Assembly: GCA_036822015.1 (NCBI GenBank)
Contig: DAISIL010000002.1
Span: forward strand, 11,268 to 75,267
From: Bernardetiaceae bacterium
Lineage (GTDB): Bacteria; Bacteroidota; Bacteroidia; Cytophagales; Bernardetiaceae
Length of the DNA: 64,000 nt
Reading direction: 5' to 3'
Each line of letters begins with the position of its first letter. Within the stretch, counting starts at the first letter, position 1. A program made the translations under genes and the position numbers. Below, one piece after another: positions 1 through 7,736 of the stretch. Below the pieces are notes generated by a model, which was given only the letters and a program-made list of their open reading frames with translations, had not been told where the DNA came from and ran no database searches.

Positions 1-404
1 TGGAACAAGACATTCGATGGAAGCAAAGATTTGATAGTTTTGAGCGTGCCTTAGTTCAATTAGAAAAAGGTATTGCGTACTACCAAACCAACCCCATAGA
101 CCTGGTTAAAGAAGGCATTATACAACGATTTGAGTTTACACATGAGTTGTCCTGGAAAGTGATGAAAGATTTTTTAGAGTACGAAGGTGTAACGGGAATC
201 ATCGCCTCCCGAAGTGCTACCAAAGAAGCCTTTAACAAAAACCTAATCACTGACGGGCAAGGGTGGATGAATATGATTGATAGCAGAAACAATACCGTAC
301 ATACCTACAATCCTGATATTTTGGAAAGGGAGTTTTTGAAAATCATTACCACCTACTTTGATTTACTAAAAGAATTTCATCAAAAAATGAAAAGCTACTT
401 ATGA
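1..404 (+). CDS. HEPN-domain nucleotidyltransferase substrate-binding protein (HI0074 family, toxin-like); 5' end lies outside the window (reading frame begins at nt 3)
   Basis: Translation EQDIRWKQRFDSFERALVQLEKGIAYYQ...GIIQRFEFTHELSWKVMKDFLEYEG...DSRNNTVHTYNP matches the HI0074/TIGR01987 HEPN pattern (QRFEFTxELxWK...RNxxxHTY). The ORF runs to the window edge with no upstream stop. Confidence 0.75.
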   Translation, partial: EQDIRWKQRFDSFERALVQLEKGIAYYQTNPIDLVKEGIIQRFEFTHELSWKVMKDFLEYEGVTGIIASRSATKEAFNKNLITDGQGWMNMIDSRNNTVHTYNPDILEREFLKIITTYFDLLKEFHQKMKSYL

Positions 405-706
405 TGGACTTCGGACTAGACCCCACCACGGTTGCCAACATCCGGTCGGTATTTGCCAAATATCCCGAGATCGAACAAGTGTGGATATACGGATCCAGAG
501 CCAAAGGTAATTACAGGGCAGGCAGCGATATAGACCTCACCCTAAAAGGCGATCAACTCACGGATAACATTCGTTCAAAAGTTTGGTTGGATATAGATGC
601 CCTCCATACGCCATATCTATTCGACATCTCTGTTTTCAAAGACATCAACTCCCTTAGCTTAATCGAGCACATCAACCGCGTGGGTAAGGTGTTTTATGAA
701 AAATGA
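401..706 (+). CDS. Minimal nucleotidyltransferase (MNT, HI0073 family; antitoxin-like partner of HEPN)
   Basis: YGSRAKGNYRAGSDIDL is the GS-x10-DxD minimal nucleotidyltransferase signature. The gene overlaps the HEPN gene by 4 nt (ATGA). Confidence 0.8.
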   Translation: MMDFGLDPTTVANIRSVFAKYPEIEQVWIYGSRAKGNYRAGSDIDLTLKGDQLTDNIRSKVWLDIDALHTPYLFDISVFKDINSLSLIEHINRVGKVFYEK

Positions 707-1682
707 TTTTGTTATGCTCCTTGAGATGGAGAAATACAAAAAACAGTTATCAAAACTCCGCAGAGATAACAAGTTTGGGGGCGCGCCTCATAAGCCCATC
801 CTGCTTATCAGTATTATTGATGCTTTTGATAGCGGCTTCCTTGATTCTCAAATTATCCCCATTAGTCCAGAGCTATTATCGCTTTTCAGAAGTAACTGGA
901 AAAACTACGTTGAGACACCGCATGATTGCCGTTTTGCGCTGCCATTTTATCACATGAAATCAGAACCCTTCTGGAGGCTAGTTCCGAATGAGGGATGCAA
1001 AATTTGGGTTGAGTCTAAATCTTCGATGCAAAGTTTCAATAATCTTATTACGGCAGTAGCATACGCTGAAATTGAGAAAGGTTTGGCTAACCTTTTTTTA
1101 GAGACAAAAACACGTCAGGATTTGAGAGATTTTTTAGTAGCTCTTTACTTTGGTAAAACATCTTCTAATTACCCTGATCTATATGCGCTTGAAAATGTCA
1201 GAAAAGATATTCTGAAAGAGACCTCGGAGGCATATGCCTCTAAGTTGAAATATCTGAAAGAGACCTTATCTCCCGAAGATTACGAAGAGGAGCTATTCGT
1301 GAGAGGAAGTTTATTTAAACGAGAGGTTCCCAAAATCTATAATTTTACTTGTGCCGTTTCTGGGTTGAGGGTGGATACGACTTTTAGTATTTCCATGTTG
1401 GATGCCTGCCACATTGTTCCGTTTAGTGTGAGGGGAGATGATACCATCGGAAACGGTATAGCTCTTTGCCCAAACCTTCACCGAGCGTTTGATAGAGGGA
1501 TCATAACGCTGGATTTCAGTGATTTGCGTGTGAGAACCTCCAAAAGGTTTTCAGAACCACAGGCCGTAAGCTACTCAATCAAACAATTTGAAGGAAAAGA
1601 GATAAAATCTCCCGAGCAGATCAACCTTGAAGTTTTTAGAGCGAATCTGGCATGGCACAACGAAAATGTCTTTATCGGTTGA
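696..1682 (+). CDS. HNH endonuclease-family protein with an uncharacterised ~200-aa N-terminal domain (restriction-like nuclease)
   Basis: C-terminal HNH motif CHIVPFSVRGDDTIGNGIALCPNLHRAFDRG. N-terminal segment GAPHKPILLISIIDAFDSG resembles HNH_2-type restriction proteins. Overlaps the MNT gene by 11 nt. Low GC. Confidence 0.65.
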   Translation: MKNDFVMLLEMEKYKKQLSKLRRDNKFGGAPHKPILLISIIDAFDSGFLDSQIIPISPELLSLFRSNWKNYVETPHDCRFALPFYHMKSEPFWRLVPNEGCKIWVESKSSMQSFNNLITAVAYAEIEKGLANLFLETKTRQDLRDFLVALYFGKTSSNYPDLYALENVRKDILKETSEAYASKLKYLKETLSPEDYEEELFVRGSLFKREVPKIYNFTCAVSGLRVDTTFSISMLDACHIVPFSVRGDDTIGNGIALCPNLHRAFDRGIITLDFSDLRVRTSKRFSEPQAVSYSIKQFEGKEIKSPEQINLEVFRANLAWHNENVFIG

Positions 1683-1714
1683 GATGTCCGTTTAGATGCC
1701 ATCGTAAAGCCAAT

Positions 1715-2794
1715 CTAGTCCCCTAACACCACCCGCCACATATCCTCCTCGCTGTTGTAGAGGTGGGGGGAGATGCGCAGGCAGTCGCCGCGTAGGGAGA
1801 CATGCACACCTGCAGCGGTAAGGGCTTCGTAGGTGCGGGCGGCGCGGGTGGGGTCGCTGGGGTCATGGATGCCAAAGAGGTGGTAGGCGTGCTGCTCTGG
1901 CAAGTGCCAGCCCTGGGCTTGTAGGGCAGCCAGGGGGGCTTCACTGATGCGGCGGCAGTGGGACTGGATGGCAGCCGGCGTAACGGACTGGATCAGATCG
2001 AGGGAGGTGCGTAGCATCGGGACAAGCTGGAAGTTGCTCTGCTCCCCGACATCATAACGCCGAGCCAGGGGTTCGTACGCCGAGACGTACTGGCTCAAAC
2101 CCGCAAACTGACTCGCGCCCAGGCGGTTCATCCAACTCTCTTCGATGGGACGGCCCCCATCAAAAGCCGGACCGTAGTAGGCCAGCCCCAGGGAGTAGGG
2201 CCCCAGCAACCACTTATAGCCCGCCACCACCAGGGCATCCGGCTCCAGGGCAGCTACTGAAAGGGGTAAAGCCCCCACCGACTGCGTCCCGTCCAGAACG
2301 AGCAAAGCACCCACGGCGCGGCTACGCGCCCGCAAGGCCACCAGATCGGGGCAGTAGCCATCCGACCAATGCACCGTCCCGAGGGCGACAACTTTTGTCC
2401 GAGCGTCGATGGACTCGAGGAGCTGTGCCGCCGGCACCCGACGTATGGCAGCATAGACCGCCCAAGGATAAACATTGCTCGGAAACTGCTCATCAGCGAT
2501 CAAGACCTCATCGCCAGGTGCCCAGGGAACGTTTTGGGCGGCATTGGCGATGCCATAAGAGACCGAAGGAATAAGGGCAATACGTTGCCAATCAGGGGTA
2601 TCAATGAGACGGGCAAAACTTTTTTTGAGGGCCTCTACCCCTGCAAAAAAATCATCGCCCGTGATCTGTTGTGGCTGGCTGCGGGCCAGAAGTGCTTGCT
2701 GCCCAGCTTCGAGGGTGGCTTTGGGGAGCAGTCCCATGCGGGCGGCATTGAGATAAATCCCCGTTTGGGGCAAGACAAAATCGACTTTGGTCAT
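1715..2794 (-). CDS. Class V aminotransferase-fold PLP-dependent enzyme (cysteine desulfurase/aminotransferase-like)
   Basis: Length and architecture fit the family. GYKWLLGP contains the PLP-lysine context. GC rises sharply relative to the upstream island. Confidence 0.7.
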   Translation of the reverse strand: MTKVDFVLPQTGIYLNAARMGLLPKATLEAGQQALLARSQPQQITGDDFFAGVEALKKSFARLIDTPDWQRIALIPSVSYGIANAAQNVPWAPGDEVLIADEQFPSNVYPWAVYAAIRRVPAAQLLESIDARTKVVALGTVHWSDGYCPDLVALRARSRAVGALLVLDGTQSVGALPLSVAALEPDALVVAGYKWLLGPYSLGLAYYGPAFDGGRPIEESWMNRLGASQFAGLSQYVSAYEPLARRYDVGEQSNFQLVPMLRTSLDLIQSVTPAAIQSHCRRISEAPLAALQAQGWHLPEQHAYHLFGIHDPSDPTRAARTYEALTAAGVHVSLRGDCLRISPHLYNSEEDMWRVVLGD

Positions 2795-2797
2795 CGT

Positions 2798-4000
2798 TTA
2801 TCCTCTGTAACGGGTGGTTTGTTCATAGACAGCCGTCAGGATACGGCGTGTATTACCCGTCAGGGGTTGCCCTCGGCGTTGCATCATCCGGGCCGCCATC
2901 TCAAAAAACTTATCCAAATCGAAAGCCTGCAAGCCGTGTGAGCCGCCCCAGCTGAACGACGGGATAAACTTGGGCGGAAATCCTCCACCAAAGACATTGG
3001 CCCCTACCCCGACCATCGTGCCGGTATTGAACATCGTATTGATGCCGCACTTGGCATGATCGCCCATCACGAGGCCATGAAATGTCAATCCTGTGGGTGC
3101 AAAATCTTCACGGACATAATCCCAGACCTTGATGGCGGAGTAGTTGTTTTTGAGGTTGGAGGTATTGGTGTCGGCACCCAGGTTGCACCACTCGCCCAGG
3201 ACGGAGTTGCCCAGGAAGCCCTCGTGTCCCTTGTTGGAGTAGCGCATCAAGACGGAGTTGCTGACCTCCCCGCCTACCTTGCAATAGGGCCCAATCGTAG
3301 TATCGCCCCGTAGCTTGCTACCCATATTCAATACCGCCCCTTCGCCCATCGCAAAAGCTCCTCGGATGACACTTCCCTCCTGGATTTCGGCGTTTTTTCC
3401 GATGTAGATGGGCCCCGTTTGGGCATTCAGGACGGCGGCATATATCCTGGCTCCCTCCTCCACAAAGACCTGCTCGGGGGCATAGATGGCCGTGTGGGGG
3501 TCTTCGATGGGCGTGCTTTTTCGTCCGTGGGTGAGTTGCTGAAAGTCTCGGATGAGTTCGGCTCGGTTGTGGAGAAAAATATCCGCCGGCCGTTCGAGTT
3601 TGGTGTAGGGTGGCTCAAAGAGATGTACCTGGGCGCGTTCGAGTACCCAATCGCAGAGGTCGAGGGGATCATCGAAGGTGGCTTTTTCGTGGAGGGCCAG
3701 GATGTTTTGGGCATCGTCGATCAGGGCATGACCCAAGGGGAGGCCTTGGATGGCTTGTAGGAGTTCGGGGTTGGGGCAGATGGCACCGTTGATGTACAGG
3801 AGCGGGGTCTTATCCTCGGGTTTGGGATAGGCATGGGCGAGCCAGGTTTTGGTCAGATAGGCGGTTTGGGATAAACGAAGGTGCGCTTGCCACTTCTCGG
3901 CGATGGTCAGGATGCCTACCCGCAACTCGGCCAGGGGGCGCGTGAAGGTCAGGGGTAGGAGTGCCTGGTGGGCGTTGGGTAGATCAAAAAATACGAGCAT
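2798..4000 (-). CDS. GlmU-like sugar-phosphate nucleotidyltransferase with left-handed beta-helix (Bacteroidetes 'putative sugar nucleotidyl transferase' family)
   Basis: N-terminus MLVFFD...LLPLTFTRPLAELRVGILTIAEKW is typical of the family. Hexapeptide-repeat C-terminus (GANVFGGGF, IGKNAEIQEGSVI). The tracked ORF extends 24 aa further upstream through a (CA)n repeat (HTHTHT); ATG at 4000 preferred. Confidence 0.7.
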   Translation of the reverse strand: MLVFFDLPNAHQALLPLTFTRPLAELRVGILTIAEKWQAHLRLSQTAYLTKTWLAHAYPKPEDKTPLLYINGAICPNPELLQAIQGLPLGHALIDDAQNILALHEKATFDDPLDLCDWVLERAQVHLFEPPYTKLERPADIFLHNRAELIRDFQQLTHGRKSTPIEDPHTAIYAPEQVFVEEGARIYAAVLNAQTGPIYIGKNAEIQEGSVIRGAFAMGEGAVLNMGSKLRGDTTIGPYCKVGGEVSNSVLMRYSNKGHEGFLGNSVLGEWCNLGADTNTSNLKNNYSAIKVWDYVREDFAPTGLTFHGLVMGDHAKCGINTMFNTGTMVGVGANVFGGGFPPKFIPSFSWGGSHGLQAFDLDKFFEMAARMMQRRGQPLTGNTRRILTAVYEQTTRYRG

Positions 4001-4013
4001 AGTTTTCGGTGTA

Positions 4014-4027
4014 TGTGTGTGTGTGTG
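4014..4027. repeat. (TG)7 dinucleotide microsatellite in the 5' leader/promoter of the GlmU-like gene
   Basis: tgtgtgtgtgtgtg read directly at 4014-4027, located 14-27 nt upstream of the preferred ATG at 4000. Confidence 0.9.
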
Positions 4028-4037
4028 GTGATGGCGT

Positions 4038-6200
4038 TTAGGGGAGACGCAGCCCCATCCAGAGGATGTCATCTCGGAGGGGTTCTCCTTGCCGGAAGGC
4101 GTTGATGGTTTGTCGGATTTTTTCTTTTTGTTCCGATAGCGGTAGATGCGCTATGGCTTGGGTGAGTTCGAGTAGGCGCAATGTCCCGAACCGCTCTCGG
4201 GCATAGTTGTTTTGGTCGGCAAGTCCGTCGCTTCCCAGGTAGATTACGTCGCTGCTTTGCATCTGTAGTTGTATTTCCTGAAAGTCTATCTTGTTATTGG
4301 TCTGCTTGCGGAGCCGTTGCCCTACGCTGACGTGATCGCAGCGGACACGTGTTACTTCTTTGATAGCAGGGTTGTAATACAGCACGGGGCTTTTGGCCGA
4401 AGCCAGGGCTACGGCGTAGGTGCTGCCTTCTTGTCGCTCAATGCGGATAATGGATACATCCATACCCGTAACACTGCCCGTTGTATTGTGGGGGAGCAGG
4501 TGGCGTACCTCATGGTCGAGTTGGGTCAGGATCCTGCCCGGCGTAAAGATGCGTTCCTCCACCGTGATCTTATCGAGGAGCGTATGCCCAATCAAAGACA
4601 TAAACGCGCCCGGCACACCGTGGCCCGTACAATCGACGGCAGCCACCAAAATACCATCGCCCTCGAGTAGGGGAGTTGCCCAATAAAAATCACCACTGAC
4701 GACATCTTTGGGGGCATAGAGCAGGGCGTAGTCCTCAAAAAAATCAGAGAGGTGTTTGCTCGGTTCTTGCAAGATAGCTTCCTGGATGACCTTAGCGGCT
4801 CGGATGCTGTTATGGATTTGTCGGTTGTTTTCTTCTAAAATACGATGCTGCTCCTGGATGGCATCGCGGTGGGTGCGGATTTCCTCGGCTTGCTGTTGGA
4901 GTTCTTCGTTTTGGGCGAGGACTTCTTGCTGCTTTTGGCGCAACTCGTGGGTGCGTTCGGTTACTTTTTGTTCCAATATGGCGTTTTGGTTGCGTACCAG
5001 TTGCTCGTTTTGGTTGCGGTAAATATTGATGCGATCGGCCAGGGCAAAGGAAAGCAGAACGACTTCGGCCAGCAGCCCAAACTGTACCGCGTTCATGGTA
5101 AAGAAGTTATTCGGAATCTTGCCAATAAACACCATGGACAAAATCAAGACCCCGATCAGGTATAGGAGCCACCCCAACACAAAAAAACGCGCGGCCTTAT
5201 TGCCGCTTCGCCAGGCCACCCAACCATTGATAAGCAGCACCAGCGGCATGACCAAGCCCATCAGCGCGCTCACCTTAGCCGTGTGCGCATAAGAGACCAA
5301 CAAACTCATCACGGCTCCCAAAGCCAATACCCCGCAGACAGCCACCGACAAGCGGTGCATAAAAGGGTAGTTTTTGGAGGTCTTCAAAAAAAGTATCGAA
5401 AACAAAACATTACAACCAAAAACAGCAAAAGTACTAAAGCCAATCACAGGATTGGAGAGCTGGGGCATTCCGGGCCAGAGGTACTGCTGGGCATGACCAC
5501 GCAGGGTAGCCAAAAACAGCAGTGCCAAAAACACCGATAAGCCATAAGCCAGATAGCTACGGTCTCGGAGCGCGTAGCCGAGGCTCAAATTATAGACCGC
5601 CATAATCAGGATGATCCCATAAAAAATCCCGTAAAAAACCTCATTGCCTACCTCCCGCTCATAAAACGAGAGCTTCTCGTGAACGACCAGCGGCACTTGT
5701 ACCGAGCCTGTTGTCTGGATGCGCAGATAAAACACATGCGGATCAGAAGAGGTGAAGCGTAGGGGAAGCACAAACGTTCGGGTAGGTAAGGGACGTGAGG
5801 TAAAGGGCAGCAACTCCCCCGTCTGTACCACCGACCAACTTCCGTCCGAAGTTCGGGCATAAAATGTGAGCGAATCCAGGGGGGGATAGTCAATTTCGAG
5901 GAGCCATTCCATCTCCGAGCGTGCGCGGTTGGTCAAGGGAATGCGCACCCAAAAGGCACTGCTGGGGTTATAGCCGAAATTGAGCTTGTCGGCATCCGAA
6001 GGCACAAAAAGCGACTGAATATCAGGGGAGAGTATCTCCTCAATCCCCGCCTGACGGCCCGTATCCTCCCATACCGATACGTGCCTGCCGATGGACAAAT
6101 ATGGGGTAGATGCGTCCAGGTGCAGATATGGCTGTGCCATCAAAGACGGCCACCAACACAGCAGCAGCATTGCCCACCAAAGTCTATCTCGCTTGCCCAT
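4038..6200 (-). CDS. Membrane sensor serine phosphatase: signal peptide + 7TMR-DISMED2 extracellular domain + 7TM (7TMR-DISM) + coiled coil + PP2C/SpoIIE phosphatase
   Basis: N-terminal secreted domain, seven hydrophobic helices, an NEQL/EELQ coiled coil, and the C-terminal motif YAPKDVVSGDFYW...VDCTGHGVPGAFMS typical of RsbU/SpoIIE PP2C phosphatases. Confidence 0.8.
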   Translation of the reverse strand: MGKRDRLWWAMLLLCWWPSLMAQPYLHLDASTPYLSIGRHVSVWEDTGRQAGIEEILSPDIQSLFVPSDADKLNFGYNPSSAFWVRIPLTNRARSEMEWLLEIDYPPLDSLTFYARTSDGSWSVVQTGELLPFTSRPLPTRTFVLPLRFTSSDPHVFYLRIQTTGSVQVPLVVHEKLSFYEREVGNEVFYGIFYGIILIMAVYNLSLGYALRDRSYLAYGLSVFLALLFLATLRGHAQQYLWPGMPQLSNPVIGFSTFAVFGCNVLFSILFLKTSKNYPFMHRLSVAVCGVLALGAVMSLLVSYAHTAKVSALMGLVMPLVLLINGWVAWRSGNKAARFFVLGWLLYLIGVLILSMVFIGKIPNNFFTMNAVQFGLLAEVVLLSFALADRINIYRNQNEQLVRNQNAILEQKVTERTHELRQKQQEVLAQNEELQQQAEEIRTHRDAIQEQHRILEENNRQIHNSIRAAKVIQEAILQEPSKHLSDFFEDYALLYAPKDVVSGDFYWATPLLEGDGILVAAVDCTGHGVPGAFMSLIGHTLLDKITVEERIFTPGRILTQLDHEVRHLLPHNTTGSVTGMDVSIIRIERQEGSTYAVALASAKSPVLYYNPAIKEVTRVRCDHVSVGQRLRKQTNNKIDFQEIQLQMQSSDVIYLGSDGLADQNNYARERFGTLRLLELTQAIAHLPLSEQKEKIRQTINAFRQGEPLRDDILWMGLRLP

Positions 6201-6247
6201 TGCTTTTTTTGAGAGGCAAAAGCTACATATTTTTTGTCAAACGATCG

Positions 6248-6997
6248 TTATGCAATAGCTACTTTTTTGCCCAAAACAATTAAACGTTCCGAATGCTGGG
6301 AAGCAAACGGTTGAAGTTGGTAATCTCCCCAAAGCTCTTGTATGGCTAGCCCTGCCGCCGCAAAGTCATTCACAAAATCATCCCTGGTGATGGCGCGTAC
6401 CCGCTCCTGAAAGTTCAGGTGTTCTGCGCCATCTTCTATCGCGATGGTTTTGACGATATAGCCCTCCTCGATCTGGCGACGAATCCCGAACCGCACCCCT
6501 TCGTGTACTTGCACCTCCTCTGGCACCAGGCGACCCAGGACACGATCTGGGTTCAGGAAGTCGATCAGGAACAGCCCGCCCAGACGCAAGGCAGCGGCGG
6601 CCGCCCGAATGGCTTGTAGGTTTTCGGATGCCGAATCAAAATAACCAAAGCTCGTGAAGAGGTTCAGGATCACATCGAAGCAGCCCTCACAGTACTGCTC
6701 CCGCATATCGTGGACGGCGAATCGGAGACGGTCGTTTTCGTGTTGGCGGGCATGGGCGATATTTTGGGGGGATAAGTCCAGTCCCGTTACGGATAAGCCC
6801 TGGGCGTTGAGGTAGATGGCGTGCCTTCCTTTGCCGCAAGCCAAGTCCAGGATAGCCTGCTCGGGAGTTAAGGGCAAGGCGCGGATGAGGTTTTGCATAA
6901 AAAACTGCGCCTCGGCGTAGTCGCGGTGGCGATATAGGAGATGATAGTAGGGCGAATCAAACCATTGGGCAAACCAGGCATCGGTAGTGGTGGGCAT
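6248..6997 (-). CDS. Class I SAM-dependent methyltransferase
   Basis: ILDLACGKGRHAIYL is a glycine-rich SAM-binding motif I. Length ~250 aa. Confidence 0.7.
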   Translation of the reverse strand: MPTTTDAWFAQWFDSPYYHLLYRHRDYAEAQFFMQNLIRALPLTPEQAILDLACGKGRHAIYLNAQGLSVTGLDLSPQNIAHARQHENDRLRFAVHDMREQYCEGCFDVILNLFTSFGYFDSASENLQAIRAAAAALRLGGLFLIDFLNPDRVLGRLVPEEVQVHEGVRFGIRRQIEEGYIVKTIAIEDGAEHLNFQERVRAITRDDFVNDFAAAGLAIQELWGDYQLQPFASQHSERLIVLGKKVAIA

Positions 6998-7015
6998 ACG
7001 GGGTGTTTCTTTTGG

Positions 7016-7675
7016 TCAATCAAAAACGACGTTGAGCCAACGCCGAAAGGGCAAGGTAAGGGTGTAGGTATCAGCGATCTTTTGGGGGGCATCCGGTTGG
7101 GCAAAGAAGCCATCGGGTACGGGGCGGCTCAAAATAAAGCTCTTGTAGCGGAGTAGCTCGGCCTCGGGATGATCTTTGGGGTAGCCTCTGGGTATCGTCT
7201 TGAGTTGCTGCTCCGGAAAGATGTCGAGTTCTCCAAACTCGGCTTTGAGCCGAGGTTCATCCAGGATATGGTGTAGCTCGGCGGCGTTGTAGTCGATCTC
7301 TTCTCGGATTTTTTGGAGGATTTCTCGGGGGGGCATATACATCCCCGTCGCGATGAAGGCCGCCTCGGGTTGGATGTGAAGGTAATAAAAAGCGCGTTCA
7401 GATTTGCGTCCGTCCTGGTCTAGGCCTGCGGCAAAGTTGGTTTTGTAGGGGCTTTTGTCTTTGCTGAACCGGATGTCGCGGGCCAGGCGATAGATGCAGT
7501 CTTTGGCGGCCAGGCCGTCCAGGCTGGGGTCATGTGCAGTCAGGGCTAGGAGGAGGCGTTGTAGGAAGTCCTCAAACTCGGCTTTGGCAGCCTGGTAGCG
7601 GTCTTTGTGGGCGTGCATCCAGTCGCGGTTGTTGTTTTGGGCAAGGTCGCGGAGGAAAGAAAAAGTGGCTTGCAT
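7016..7675 (-). CDS. DUF2461 (TIGR02453) family protein
   Basis: MQATFSFLRDLAQNNNRDWMHAHKDRYQAAKAEF matches the DUF2461 N-terminus. Internal ATG start preferred over the tracked upstream start. Confidence 0.5.
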   Translation of the reverse strand: MQATFSFLRDLAQNNNRDWMHAHKDRYQAAKAEFEDFLQRLLLALTAHDPSLDGLAAKDCIYRLARDIRFSKDKSPYKTNFAAGLDQDGRKSERAFYYLHIQPEAAFIATGMYMPPREILQKIREEIDYNAAELHHILDEPRLKAEFGELDIFPEQQLKTIPRGYPKDHPEAELLRYKSFILSRPVPDGFFAQPDAPQKIADTYTLTLPFRRWLNVVFD

Positions 7676-7736
7676 GAGGGCTATAGCTTTTTGTAAAGAA
7701 TCAAGAAGTCTTGAATTTGTTTTAAAAAAGCAAGGT

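Noticed and set aside
4000-4072. N-terminal extension (MTSSGWGCVSPKRHHHTHTHTPKT) of the GlmU-like ORF
   Set aside because: The HTHTHT segment is simply the translation of the (CA)n microsatellite. The family N-terminus (MLVFFD...LTFTRPLAELRVG) begins at the internal ATG at 4000.
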